NCBI GenBank assembly: GCA_963758525.1
Contig: CAVWVQ010000003.1
Coordinates: 160,001-224,000, forward strand
From: an uncultured Phycisphaerales bacterium
GTDB taxonomy: Bacteria; Planctomycetota; Phycisphaerae; Tepidisphaerales; Tepidisphaeraceae
DNA: 64,000 nucleotides
Direction of reading: 5' to 3'
Part shown: positions 1 through 9,811 of the stretch, one piece after another
How positions within the stretch are numbered: position 1 is the stretch's first letter
How the letters are laid out: every line of letters begins with the position of its first letter
Made by a program: the position numbers and the translations under genes
The notes under the pieces: generated by a model
What the model saw: the letters and a program-made list of their open reading frames with translations, nothing else
The model's database searches: none
What the model was told of the DNA's origin: nothing

Positions 1-138
1 CGTCGCCCCCGGTCTTCACTCTTTGGGGCCCGCGAAGGGCAAGCCACTCGCTGCGTTGGCAGGCGGAGGCGGAGGCTTTTTACTCGATAGTCGGATTCAT
101 CGCTCAGTTTGGCGGTCTTGGGTTCTTGCTTCCTCCCC

Positions 139-192
139 TTCGTGCCTCCGTGCCTTTCTCCCCCGTGCCTTTCTCCCCCGTGCCTTTCTCCC
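139..192. repeat. (T/C)CGTGCCT-type short tandem repeat tract
   Basis: cttcgtgcctccgtgcctttctcccccgtgcctttctcccccgtgcctttctccc; same core recurs at about 11269, 13526-13830 and 28360-28545. Confidence 0.8.
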
Positions 193-231
193 TCTTCTGC
201 ATTTCACCTCGACCGGGTAGGCTTACGAGTT

Positions 232-591
232 ATGGAAGGCGTAACCACCGCAATCATCGCGTTTGTTTTTGTGTGTGTCATCTATCCCCATCTGGTGAAG
301 AATCGTCCGCAGTTTTATGGCGGGTTTGCCGCGATACTGCTGGTGATCCTCATTGAAAGCAGCGCCAAGATCTTCGCGGCAAATCCTGACAAGCCGCCCG
401 GGGTGGTATTTGCCATCAGCGGGCTGCTGCAGGTGGCTTCGATCCTGCTGATCTATATGTCCTGCGGCGGTCTGAGCGTCATCGATCTGCTGGGAGACGT
501 GGGGAAAACGATCGAAGTCGTGCGGCGCGGCGGCGAAAAGGAAACGATCATCGTCCCTCTGCGCGGAGAGCAGCCGCGGGAGCGCGATTGA
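232..591 (+). CDS. Small membrane protein (about 3 TM helices)
   Basis: ATG at 232 (MEGVTTAIIAFVFVC...); hydrophobic segments; the upstream extension in the ORF track is repeat-derived. Confidence 0.75.
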   Translation: MEGVTTAIIAFVFVCVIYPHLVKNRPQFYGGFAAILLVILIESSAKIFAANPDKPPGVVFAISGLLQVASILLIYMSCGGLSVIDLLGDVGKTIEVVRRGGEKETIIVPLRGEQPRERD

Positions 592-665
592 ACGGGTTGC
601 GGGTCCAACTGTTCACGCAGTCGTCGGGTGACTAGAATTTCCCACATGGATTCGAGGAGCAGCGC

Positions 666-2351
666 ATGGCAGTGAGCGGGATGCTTGCCGACGTCAATGG
701 CGGCGGCTACATCAGCATCTACAAGATCATACCGGTGCTCCTGGTGCTGCTGGTCTGGGCTCGGCTGCTGACGTGGGTGGATAAGGACGCTCCCACGCTG
801 AACTTGCCGCGAGAGAAGCTCAATCTTCCGCTCTTCGGCGGACTGCTTCTGGGATTTGCGGCATTCTTCGCGCTGCCGAATTTTTTTCTGGCGTTCGCGG
901 TGCTGCTTCTGTGCGTTGGCGCCGAGGCGGGGATCTACCTCAACATCCGCAAGAAGGTCTCGGATTTTGACGACATCAAGAGGCAGTTCAAGGAATGGCT
1001 TGAATCCTTTCGCGGGAAGAAGCTCGATACCAAGCTGGAAGTGGCAGAAGGTCAGGTCGCGATTCTTTCCAAGGCGGGCCCGCCGATTCTGCCGCCCGAT
1101 CCGAAGCTGCCCGAGCGGGCGATTTACGATGCCATGCAGACGGCGCTGGTCGAGCCGTTGACCAAGCTTGCCGAGCAGATCGACCTGGCGCCCGAAGCAG
1201 AGGGTCTGGCGGCCAAGTACATCGTGGACGGCGTTGTCTATCGTGGCGCGGTCCTCCAACCGGCGCTGGGCGCGTCGCTCATCTCGCATCTGAAGGAAGC
1301 CGCCGGCCTGGTGGTCACCGAGGTGCGCAAGCCGCAGACCGGGTCGTTCAAAGTGACCCTCAATGGCAAGAAACGCGAGCTCAAGGCGCAGACCGCTGGA
1401 ACGCGCGCCGGCGAATACATGCGATTGTTCGTCGATCCCAAGAAAAAGGCCGACATCAATCTCGGGAACATGGGCCTCAGCGAGCGTCAGCTCGGCTACA
1501 TCAACGAACTGCTCGCCGACAAGAAGGGGATTGTCATCATCAGCGCGCCCAAGGGGCACGGGCTCACGACCGCGTTTTACTCGATGGTTCGCGGTCACGA
1601 TGTCTTCATCGAGCTGATTCACACCATCGAGCGTGATTCGGACGACGGCGTTGACGGCGCGACGATGAACCGCATCGCTCCGACGGCTCCGCCGGAGGAA
1701 GAGGCAAAGAAGCTGGATTGGATCGTGAGTCAGGAGCCGGACGTGATCGCGATCGCGCCGGTCGAATCGCAGGAGGCGGCGCGCGGGCTAATTGAGTTCG
1801 CCAAAACCGGCAAGCGTGTCTACATCGCAATGCGCGCCTCCAGCACGTTTGAGGCGCTGGATCAATGGCGCAAGCTGGTTGGCGATAATACGCTGGCAAT
1901 GCAGGAGCTTCGGCTGGTGATCAACGGCCGAATCCTTCGCAAGCTCTGCGAGGCATGCAAGGTGGGATACGCCCCCGATGCCCCCACGTTGCGAAAGCTG
2001 GGCATCAATCCCGAGCGCGTCACGGCGCTGTTCCAGGCGCGGACGACTCCAATGAAGGACCAGAAGGGCGAAGTGGTTCCCTGCATGTTCTGCAATGAAC
2101 TTCGTTTCAAGGGTCGCGTCGGAGTGTATGAGACGCTCATGATCGACGACGAAGTTCGTCAAGCGATAGCGGCCGGCAAGTCGCCCAGCACGGCGTTCCG
2201 GAAGCAGCGCGGCAAATACCTTCAGGAAGAGGCCCTTGCCCTGGTGGAAAAAGGACAGACCAGCGTTCAGGAAGTTCTGCGAGTGCTCAAGGCGGCCCCC
2301 GCGCCTCCGATCGGCACGACTCGCACTCCGGCGCGGAAAGCGGAGGCATAG
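666..2351 (+). CDS. GspE/PilB-family ATPase-like protein with N-terminal TM segments and degenerate Walker motifs
   Basis: GAGGAG SD; PilB-like core (RKPQTGSF, EPDVI, RKLCEAC...CMFC, FKGRVGVYETL, GQTSVQEVLRV); Walker A reads APKGHGLTT. Confidence 0.85.
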   Translation: MAVSGMLADVNGGGYISIYKIIPVLLVLLVWARLLTWVDKDAPTLNLPREKLNLPLFGGLLLGFAAFFALPNFFLAFAVLLLCVGAEAGIYLNIRKKVSDFDDIKRQFKEWLESFRGKKLDTKLEVAEGQVAILSKAGPPILPPDPKLPERAIYDAMQTALVEPLTKLAEQIDLAPEAEGLAAKYIVDGVVYRGAVLQPALGASLISHLKEAAGLVVTEVRKPQTGSFKVTLNGKKRELKAQTAGTRAGEYMRLFVDPKKKADINLGNMGLSERQLGYINELLADKKGIVIISAPKGHGLTTAFYSMVRGHDVFIELIHTIERDSDDGVDGATMNRIAPTAPPEEEAKKLDWIVSQEPDVIAIAPVESQEAARGLIEFAKTGKRVYIAMRASSTFEALDQWRKLVGDNTLAMQELRLVINGRILRKLCEACKVGYAPDAPTLRKLGINPERVTALFQARTTPMKDQKGEVVPCMFCNELRFKGRVGVYETLMIDDEVRQAIAAGKSPSTAFRKQRGKYLQEEALALVEKGQTSVQEVLRVLKAAPAPPIGTTRTPARKAEA

Positions 2352-2354
2352 CCA

Positions 2355-4304
2355 ATGATTCTGCTGATCATCATCGGCATTGTGGTCCTCGCGATCGCCT
2401 TCGTGCATTACCAGCAGGGATTGTTCAGCGCCACGCTGTCGGCCATTCTCGCGATCATCTGCGCCGCGTTTGCCGTCAGTTTTCACGAGACGCTTATCGA
2501 ATCGTTGCTGGGTGGCGCCGCCGCCAACATCGCGCATGGGATGATCCTGATGCTTCTTTTCGCCGGGAGCTACTCCATCCTGCGGGGGATCTTCGACAAG
2601 TGCATACCAGGCCAGACCCGCTTGCCCTTTCTGGTCGACAAGATCGGCGGGGCGGTGATGGGACTGGTCGCCGGGTCGTATGCGGCGGGCATCGTGCTGA
2701 TCGCGGCGCAGGAGCTTCCGTTCGGGCCCACTATCATGGGCTACGCCCGCTATGACACCGAATCGGATCGGACGGTGGTACTTCCGCAGCCGAATCACGC
2801 GATGAGCAAGACGGAACAAATCTTCGACGAGCTCAAGTCTGAGTCGCCTGGCGTCTTCGACGACAGCACGAAGCACACGCTTTATTTCGACGATCTGGTG
2901 GTCAATACGGTGGCCTATCTAAGCAACGGCGGCTCGCTCGCCGGGAGCCAGCCGCTGACCGCGATTCACCCCGATCTCCTGCAGGAAGTCATGGGCCAGC
3001 GCCTCGGCATCGAGCCGGGCGCCAAGCGCGTGGCGATGAATCTTCCCGCCAAGAAGCTTCAGGATGTCAAGGTTATTGGGCTATTTTCGCTGTCGTCGAT
3101 TCCGCAGGCGGACGCGGAGATTGACAAGTGGCGCCCATCGTTCACCAATGCAGTCAAAACACCGCGTAAGCCCGCGGCCGACAGCATCATGCTCGTGGTG
3201 CGAACCGTCTTTTCGCATACCGCCGCCGACCCCGACGGGTTGGTGCGCCTCAGTACCGGCGCCGTCCGTCTCGTCGCGCCGACCGATGCTGATGCGACGC
3301 ACTTTGCCGACTATTACCCGCTCGGCACGCTGCAGGGCGCCAGCATGCTGTATCTCAACAAGCTGGACGATCCGATCTTTGTCAATGTGCGCGAAGGCGA
3401 TGATCAGGCCGCGGATTTCGTCTTCATGGTGAAGAAGGAGGGGTTCGTCGACGCGAAGAAAAAAGTGGCCGCCGGCTCGTTTCTGGAAGTAAAGCGGCTT
3501 GCGCGCGTGGATCTGACGGGCCAGACGATCAAGAGCGAGTTCACGACTTCGCCCATCGTGGCGGTTCTGCGAAAGCCGCTGGTGGTGCCGGACGTTCCAC
3601 CGCCGCCGGCGGTCGCGGTGGCGCCGCCAGAACCTGTCGCGCCGGCGCCCACGCCGGCTCCGGTGCCAACTCCCACTCCCAGTCCAACTCCGACCCCCGC
3701 TCCCGCGCCGGCGCCGAACACCGGTCTGCATTCTCCGCAGGAGGCGATCAAGCCGGCAAGCAACGGCATCCTCGACATCACCGGCGCAACTTCGTCATCG
3801 TCCCTCCCGATTCCGATTGCCTGCGGTGACGACACCACGAAATTGTCGATCGTCCTACCGGGCGGCGATGCGATTTTGAAGAACGGGAAGTTCCTCTCCC
3901 TGAATCTCGATGTGCAGGAAACGCAGGAGAAGCTTTCCACCGGATCGCGGCTGACCAAGGATCTGCTGGCCAAGGACGGGGAAGGGCTGATTATCGTGAC
4001 TGGAACGGCAATCGACGGGAAATGGGATTGGGCGGAAAAAGCCGACCAGCTCAACATCGTCGATTCGGCCGGCAAGCAGTATCCCGCCAACGGATTGTGG
4101 GCCGACGTCGATCAGGACGGGCACAAGCGGTTCTTTGCCCGCTACTCCACCAATTACCCCGTCAGCGCCCTGACCGCCGGCCCCGGCAAGCCGGGAAAAG
4201 TCTGGCTCTGTTTCTCCATTCCCGCCGGCACCGAAGTCAATCAGGTCGTCCTCGGCAGCCAGGTGCTGGGCAATTTCCCGCCAGTCAAGGCTGAGGGGCA
4301 GTAG
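2355..4304 (+). CDS. CvpA-like membrane domain fused to a large extracytoplasmic region with a Pro/Thr linker
   Basis: N-terminal TM helices with QQGLFSA...DKIGGAVMGLVAG (CvpA-like); PAPTP linker; starts 3 nt after the upstream gene. Confidence 0.65.
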   Translation: MILLIIIGIVVLAIAFVHYQQGLFSATLSAILAIICAAFAVSFHETLIESLLGGAAANIAHGMILMLLFAGSYSILRGIFDKCIPGQTRLPFLVDKIGGAVMGLVAGSYAAGIVLIAAQELPFGPTIMGYARYDTESDRTVVLPQPNHAMSKTEQIFDELKSESPGVFDDSTKHTLYFDDLVVNTVAYLSNGGSLAGSQPLTAIHPDLLQEVMGQRLGIEPGAKRVAMNLPAKKLQDVKVIGLFSLSSIPQADAEIDKWRPSFTNAVKTPRKPAADSIMLVVRTVFSHTAADPDGLVRLSTGAVRLVAPTDADATHFADYYPLGTLQGASMLYLNKLDDPIFVNVREGDDQAADFVFMVKKEGFVDAKKKVAAGSFLEVKRLARVDLTGQTIKSEFTTSPIVAVLRKPLVVPDVPPPPAVAVAPPEPVAPAPTPAPVPTPTPSPTPTPAPAPAPNTGLHSPQEAIKPASNGILDITGATSSSSLPIPIACGDDTTKLSIVLPGGDAILKNGKFLSLNLDVQETQEKLSTGSRLTKDLLAKDGEGLIIVTGTAIDGKWDWAEKADQLNIVDSAGKQYPANGLWADVDQDGHKRFFARYSTNYPVSALTAGPGKPGKVWLCFSIPAGTEVNQVVLGSQVLGNFPPVKAEGQ

Positions 4305-4463
4305 AGGGAAGAACCCAATCGCAAGTCTGCCCACGCTGCGCAGGCCGCGGAAGGCGCGCCGAGCAGCATTTTCATGACGGTGCATGCTGAGATGAATTTC
4401 GGACCGTTCCTGCCGTTGATGGTCGCCTGAGCCTTCGATCCCGACCGGCGGCGGGAGAGCAAA

Positions 4464-4521
4464 GAATTGCAAATTACAAATTGAGGATTGCAAATTGCAA
4501 AATGAGATTGCAATTTGCAAA
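4464..4521. repeat. AT-rich heptamer repeat tract (TTGCAAA)
   Basis: gaattgcaaattacaaattgaggattgcaaattgcaaaatgagattgcaatttgcaaa. Confidence 0.75.
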
Positions 4522-4575
4522 CTTCGGGCAGGGGAATCGTATTGGGCGCATCGTTGCCGCGGAGGGCCGCTATGT

Positions 4576-4684
4576 GGGTTAGCCGCGGCGCGCAGCGGAG
4601 CGTGTATTCATGGGGATTGCGCAAGCGCTGACATCGCGTTGTTCTCGTTCGAATACGCGCTCCGCTGCGCGTCGCGGCTAACCC
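4576..4684. repeat. REP-like inverted repeat pair (GGGTTAGCCGCG...GTATTC)
   Basis: Arms 4576-4609 and 4651-4684 are near-perfect reverse complements; single arm also at about 54528-54558. Confidence 0.8.
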
Positions 4685-4713
4685 GCGGCGTTCAGTGTTG
4701 ACTATTCAAGTGT

Positions 4714-7263
4714 TTATTTTGGTGCCGGGGCGGTCGCCGTCGTCGGTTTGGGCGTCGGCGGCGGAGGCGGCGCGCTGAGCAGCACGATGTTGCGCATGAT
4801 CGCCGTCGCCGTGGGCGGCGCGTAGCCGACGATGCCGTCGGTGGGCTGACCGACGAGTCCGCCGCTGATGTCGTCCTTGCTGAAGTAGGCGGCGACGCGG
4901 CCCTTCTCCGGAATTCCGATCACGCGGCCCCAGTGGATATTCCCGACGACGGTATGTGCAAATGTGCGATACTCAACGGTCCTGATCGGCGCGGCCGCGA
5001 GCGTGTACAGCGGGCTGTCGGGCGGGAGAATATTGGCAAGCGCGTTCGGATCAGGAAACAGCTTTTTCAGCAGCATTTCGGCAGAAGCCGAGAATTCGCT
5101 GGAGCCGCCGCCGGCATCAATGACGAGCGTGCCGCCGTTGGTAATGAACTTGCGCAGCTCGCGAGTCTGTTCGTCGGTGAGCTGAAACTGAGCCGTCCCG
5201 GTGAGATGGGCGATCTTGTAACTCGCCGCGGCCGCCAGGCGTTTGGCTTCTTCAGCGGCAAGCTCGGCTTCGATCTCGGCGATCTTCGGCTTGAGCAGCG
5301 CGTCGAGCTTCGCCTGGTCACCTTCGGTGGCAAGCACCTGATCCGGCGGCACCCGCTTGAATGCGCGTTTGCGAATTTCTTCCGGCGACGGACGCGGCGC
5401 CGCGGCCGGCGGGGGAGCGGGGTTGAGCTCCCCCTTGCCCAGCGGAATCGTCTTCACCTCCACGTCGAGCTGGAACTCGTTGTGAAGGATGGCCGCCAGT
5501 CGCGGCCAGCCCCCCGGCTCGGGGTCCCAGTTGCCGTCATACTGCAGGCGGGCGACGCGCATCGACCGATTGCTCCTGATCGCGGGATTCAGTGTCACCA
5601 GGTTGCTCTGCCCGCGGTACAGAAGGTTTTTCTTGTCGACGGAATAGAGGAAGATATTCGCGCCCCATGCAAAGGCTTCCGGCTTGGGAATGTTCGGGGG
5701 ATTTTGCCAGACCTTACCGGCGTCCCCGCCTTCCAGCAGGATCATCAGCTCGCGGATGCCGTTGCTGAGCGCCACGGCCTTGATTCTGCCGCGCGTCAGG
5801 TGCCCCTGCTCGGTGAGGATTGGGCTGTTGCCTTCGAGTTCGCGGAATGGATAGCCGAAGAGTTTTGTTCCCAGCTCCTGAAAGCTTTTGCTGAACGCGG
5901 GGCTGTTGTAATCGGCATTGGCCAGGATGATGCCGCCCTCGGTCACGAAGGTTTTGAGTTTGATCTCCTCCGCGTCGGGCAAGTGCAGCGCCTGGTCGCC
6001 GGCGAGATAGAGGATCGGGGCATCGCGGAGTTCTTCGGGCGATACTTTCAGATTGACCAGTTGCCAGTTGAGATTGCCTTCAATCTGTTCGCCGGTCCAT
6101 TGGGTGAGGTTGGCCACATCGCGGGGACGCTCGTTCCAGTCCGAGTCCACCGGCTTGCCCGTCCGATCGATGATCTGGTAGTGAAGCTTATTCATCATGA
6201 CCGGCGCGCGGCCGCGCGAGAGAAAGAGCACGGCAAAGCAGGTGTTGGTCAGATCGGTTCCGGGGTACTGCGCGTCCCAATGGCCGTCGGACTTCTGGCC
6301 GGCAATGAGGTGATCCGCGCCTGCCTGAAACCAGTCGGTGGTTCCGAAATATTTCGTTCCGCTGGCGACACCGATCCGTTCCACGCCGTACCACGCATAA
6401 TTGGTATCCACTTCGGCGAAGTGTTTGGTCATCCAGCCCAGGCCATTCTCGATATTGCTGTTGAAAATGTTTCCCCGATGCTCTCCAAGGTCGCCGGAGG
6501 TGTTGTCCTGGGTGAGAAAAAGGGTTGCGATGCCGGCGGCGGTCATGGAAGGCGTGGGATTCGGCTGATCGTCGGTGTGGGTCGGAGTCGTGTTATAGGC
6601 CCAACCGCCATCACTGAACTGATCCTTGCGCCAGACCTGATCGAAGATGCGCCAGTAGCGAACGTCGATCTTCGCTCCCGACTCCTGTAGCGCCCACAGA
6701 CCGAGGATGCCGTACTGACTGACACTGTGGTCCACGCGACTTCCCCTGCCGTTCCCATAGTCCCACAAGCCGCGGCTGTCGCCTTCGGTGTTGACGCCCG
6801 CCAGAATGCGCTCGGCATCGATGGTCATGTATTTCTGCAGTTCCGCCCTGTCCTTCGGATTGGCAGCCAGAAGATGCCACACGAGCGCGCGCAAACCCAG
6901 CGAATAGATGCCGATCACGTCAGCTTTCTTGAGGAATTGAATCGAAGCGGCGACGCGTTTGTCCTGTGGCGATTCGCCCGCCGCGAGCAGGGCGTAGGTG
7001 CAGAGCGAGGAGAATCCGCCAAACGAATCCCCCTGCATATCGCCCCAGTTGTGATACGTCCCCACGCGTGTCTCGCTGGTCTCCCAATGGCCGCTCGGTT
7101 TCTGCTGCGAGTAGATGTAGGCGACGCCTTTGCTGATCGCCTTGTCGATATCTGTCGCAGTGGCGCCGCGAGCCGGCGCAGCGAGCAATGGCGCCAAAAG
7201 CGACATCAGCGTGGCAAGACGCTTCTGATGGATGTGCACGAGCCGCCTCTTGTTGATCGTCAC
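4714..7263 (-). CDS. Secreted DUF4159-domain protein with N-terminal prenyltransferase/squalene-oxidase-like repeats
   Basis: Signal peptide; KGVAYIYSQQ..GHW, DHSVSQYGILGLWA, DGGWAY, SMTAAG; two DUF4159-like segments (PILYLAG...GGIILA; HLTGT...GGTLVIDA). Confidence 0.8.
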   Translation of the reverse strand: MTINKRRLVHIHQKRLATLMSLLAPLLAAPARGATATDIDKAISKGVAYIYSQQKPSGHWETSETRVGTYHNWGDMQGDSFGGFSSLCTYALLAAGESPQDKRVAASIQFLKKADVIGIYSLGLRALVWHLLAANPKDRAELQKYMTIDAERILAGVNTEGDSRGLWDYGNGRGSRVDHSVSQYGILGLWALQESGAKIDVRYWRIFDQVWRKDQFSDGGWAYNTTPTHTDDQPNPTPSMTAAGIATLFLTQDNTSGDLGEHRGNIFNSNIENGLGWMTKHFAEVDTNYAWYGVERIGVASGTKYFGTTDWFQAGADHLIAGQKSDGHWDAQYPGTDLTNTCFAVLFLSRGRAPVMMNKLHYQIIDRTGKPVDSDWNERPRDVANLTQWTGEQIEGNLNWQLVNLKVSPEELRDAPILYLAGDQALHLPDAEEIKLKTFVTEGGIILANADYNSPAFSKSFQELGTKLFGYPFRELEGNSPILTEQGHLTRGRIKAVALSNGIRELMILLEGGDAGKVWQNPPNIPKPEAFAWGANIFLYSVDKKNLLYRGQSNLVTLNPAIRSNRSMRVARLQYDGNWDPEPGGWPRLAAILHNEFQLDVEVKTIPLGKGELNPAPPPAAAPRPSPEEIRKRAFKRVPPDQVLATEGDQAKLDALLKPKIAEIEAELAAEEAKRLAAAASYKIAHLTGTAQFQLTDEQTRELRKFITNGGTLVIDAGGGSSEFSASAEMLLKKLFPDPNALANILPPDSPLYTLAAAPIRTVEYRTFAHTVVGNIHWGRVIGIPEKGRVAAYFSKDDISGGLVGQPTDGIVGYAPPTATAIMRNIVLLSAPPPPPTPKPTTATAPAPK

Positions 7264-7397
7264 CGGATCCTATCCGCGCTCAACGGTGATTCCGGGGAAG
7301 CGAGTTCAATTATCCATGATGCGCAGCGCAGTCTTGGAAACAAGTCAGAGGGAATTTGCCTGAGGCGGGGCGTGCCCGATCTTCCGGGAGCGTGTAA

Positions 7398-8189
7398 CTA
7401 CGGATTGCTGCAACTCTTTCCCCCTCCCCTGGTACTCCGGGGGAGGGCCGGGGTGGGGGCTTGCTCGCGATCGCGCGGACTCGTTATCAAAAGCTCGTCA
7501 AAGCGCGCGATGCGCGGCACCGGCAACTCAGAGGAGATGGGAGCATTGCCTGGACGAACCGCCAGAGCGACGGCAAACCCGGATTGCCTTGCGGCGGTGA
7601 GTTCTTCGGCGACGTCAGAAAGAAAAAGAATGCGCGACGGAGCCAGTTGAAGCTCGACGGCGATCCTGGCGTAGCTGTCGGCAGATCGCTTCGGACCGAT
7701 CGTCGTGTCGAAGAAATGCGACAACAGAGGCGTTAAGTCCCCGGCGTCGGTATGGCGGAAGAAAACCCGTTGCGCGGCGATGCTGCCCGAGGAATAGATT
7801 GCCAGCGTCTTGCCTGATGCGTGCCATTGCCGCAGCGCGGGCGCCACGTCGGGAAACAGTTCGGACCGCAGACGACCAAGGCGATATCCCTCCTCCCAGA
7901 TGAGCCCCTGAAGCTGTTTCAGCCCTGTTCGCTTGGCGTCCGCCTCCATCAGACGAATGACCTCCGCCATTATCTGTTGCGGCGAATCTTCGATCGATCG
8001 CGCCGTGGATTGAGCGTCGGCAATGATCTGACGACGCGCCGCGATCACCGCCTCCTCATTCCAATGCGCCGCAAGAAAACCCGGCAACTGCTCGCGCGCA
8101 TATGGGAAGAGGACTTGGTAGACAAACGCAATCGGCGCAACGGTGCCCTCAATATCGAGCAGGACAGCGTCAACTGGGAATTGCTGCAT
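7398..8189 (-). CDS. mtnC: Enolase-phosphatase E1 (acireductone synthase), HAD family
   Basis: LLDIEGT, VLFPYARE, LKQLQGLIWEEGY, IYSSGS, LFLSD; C-terminus runs into a REP. Confidence 0.93.
   Translation of the reverse strand: MQQFPVDAVLLDIEGTVAPIAFVYQVLFPYAREQLPGFLAAHWNEEAVIAARRQIIADAQSTARSIEDSPQQIMAEVIRLMEADAKRTGLKQLQGLIWEEGYRLGRLRSELFPDVAPALRQWHASGKTLAIYSSGSIAAQRVFFRHTDAGDLTPLLSHFFDTTIGPKRSADSYARIAVELQLAPSRILFLSDVAEELTAARQSGFAVALAVRPGNAPISSELPVPRIARFDELLITSPRDREQAPTPALPRSTRGGGKSCSNP
7420..7459. repeat. REP (CCCTC-CCC-GGTAC-GGGAGGG family), single arm
   Basis: ccccctcccctggtactccgggggagggccggggtggggg. Confidence 0.8.
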
Positions 8190-8269
8190 CGATTCCGCCT
8201 TCGCGCCGACTTCACCGTATGGAGTGATCTAGATTCCCCATCTTGCGTCTTTAGCGCGGCATTGTGTTG

Positions 8270-8385
8270 CCCCTCTCCCGGTACTCCGGGGGAGGGTTGG
8301 GGTGAGGGTGATTTAGAGCATTGACGCCGTTCGACGGTCAGAATCACCCTCACCCCTGCCCTCTCCCGGAGTACCGGGAGAGGGG
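8270..8385. repeat. REP doublet (CCCTCTCCC...GGGAGAGGG family)
   Basis: Two inverted arms around a spacer of about 30 nt; close copies at 41883-42006 and 54651-54766. Confidence 0.85.
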
Positions 8386-8432
8386 TGACTCGTTCGAGGC
8401 TATAAGCCGGCCGTAAATCCGGACCAGAGCCG

Positions 8433-9011
8433 CTAGAGCTTCAGTGCCTCGATCCTCGCACCAGCAGGGATATACTTCGGTCCCCAGCAGACCGGCTGAA
8501 ACTTTTCGTGCAGGACGCCGGGAACATACTGCGGGGCCCAGCCGGCGGGGTCCTTAAACAATCGGATCGCCCGGATCGTCCGATCCTCGCAAAGGTCAAA
8601 CCAGTGCTGCGTCCCGGCAGGAACATTGATCAAATCACCAGCCGACAGCTCGATGGAAAAGACAGGGCCGCTGCCTGGATGAATGTGGAACACCCCGCGG
8701 CCCTTCACGATGAAACGAACTTCGTCCTCGGCGTGCGTGTGTTCCTTGTTGAAACGATTGAGCATCGACTGCAGGTTCGGCGTATGGGGCGTCACGTTGA
8801 TGACATCGGCGACAACATAACCGCCGTTGGTTTTGAGCGTTTCGATTTGAGCAGCGTAGCCGGCGAGAATTTGCTCGTCAGTCGGTTCGGCCGGGAGCGC
8901 GGCTTGCGCCGACCACCGCTCATAGGTGATTCCGAAGGGAGCGAGAAACTCCGCGATCTCCGTCGCGTGATCGATCCGCTTGCGATGCTCGGGAATAAGA
9001 ATATGAGCCAT
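8433..9011 (-). CDS. mtnD: Acireductone dioxygenase (cupin)
   Basis: EHTHAEDEVRF..GRGVF, GDLINVPAGTQHWF, IRAIRLF..PAGW. Confidence 0.95.
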   Translation of the reverse strand: MAHILIPEHRKRIDHATEIAEFLAPFGITYERWSAQAALPAEPTDEQILAGYAAQIETLKTNGGYVVADVINVTPHTPNLQSMLNRFNKEHTHAEDEVRFIVKGRGVFHIHPGSGPVFSIELSAGDLINVPAGTQHWFDLCEDRTIRAIRLFKDPAGWAPQYVPGVLHEKFQPVCWGPKYIPAGARIEALKL

Positions 9012-9028
9012 GGTTTTGCTTTTGCAGT

Positions 9029-9697
9029 CTATGGTGCCTGGGCGCCTTTGAGCATCCGCGTCCTGCCGATCACTTCGAAGAGGAATTCAAAGATTTCGAC
9101 GTGCCGGCGCGCCTCTGCAAGATCGCGGCCCCATGTGTAAAGGCCGTGCTTTCGGAGGAGAAAGCCGTATTTGAGCGCCGGATCATCGGCGTCAAACCGC
9201 CGTTCGAGCTGGCGCACCAAAGTGCTGATGTCCTGCGTGTTGTCGATAATTTCCAGTCGCTCGCGATGCTCGTGCGTCTTGATGCCGCTGAGCCCTTTGA
9301 GCATTTCATATCCTTCGATGAAGACGGCGCCGTCGGCGTGATGCAAATCAGAGAGCGTGGTCGCCCACACGGAGTGCGTGTGCAGAACCGCCCCGACGGA
9401 CGGTTGTCGCGCGGCCGCCACGTGCAGCATCGCCTCGGCAGAGGGCCTGGCGCCACCCTCTTGCGGGTCGGTGTGCTGGCCCTTCTCGTCGAGAATCACA
9501 AAATCGGAACTGGTCAGCCCGCTCTTGTCCATCCCGCTGGCGGTCACCAGCAGCCGAAAGGGTGTTCGCGACAGAACGACCGAATAGTTGCTGCTGGTGC
9601 CCAGCGACCAGCCGCGCTGATGAAACTCCGCCCCGACAGCGCACAGCGCCTCGGCGGCCTGAGCGGAGCGTCCATTGCGCGTGGCAACTGCAGTCAT
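9029..9697 (-). CDS. mtnB: Methylthioribulose-1-phosphate dehydratase
   Basis: GWSLGTSSNYS, TASGMDK, PSAEAMLH, VLHTHS, YEMLKGL, HGLYTWG. Confidence 0.95.
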   Translation of the reverse strand: MTAVATRNGRSAQAAEALCAVGAEFHQRGWSLGTSSNYSVVLSRTPFRLLVTASGMDKSGLTSSDFVILDEKGQHTDPQEGGARPSAEAMLHVAAARQPSVGAVLHTHSVWATTLSDLHHADGAVFIEGYEMLKGLSGIKTHEHRERLEIIDNTQDISTLVRQLERRFDADDPALKYGFLLRKHGLYTWGRDLAEARRHVEIFEFLFEVIGRTRMLKGAQAP

Positions 9698-9811
9698 GTC
9701 CTGTTCTTCGGACCGAACGCATTCGTTCTGCAGTGAGAAGTCGAGCTCCGATAAATCGCGGCCCGCAGCAGCTGCGAAACAAAAATCCGCGTCGTCGTAT
9801 ATACTCGAATC

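Noticed and set aside
4933..6690. Long antisense ORFs (also 47600-49348, 15585-17036, 453-1622 and similar)
   Set aside because: Shadow frames opposite well-supported genes, expected in high-GC DNA.
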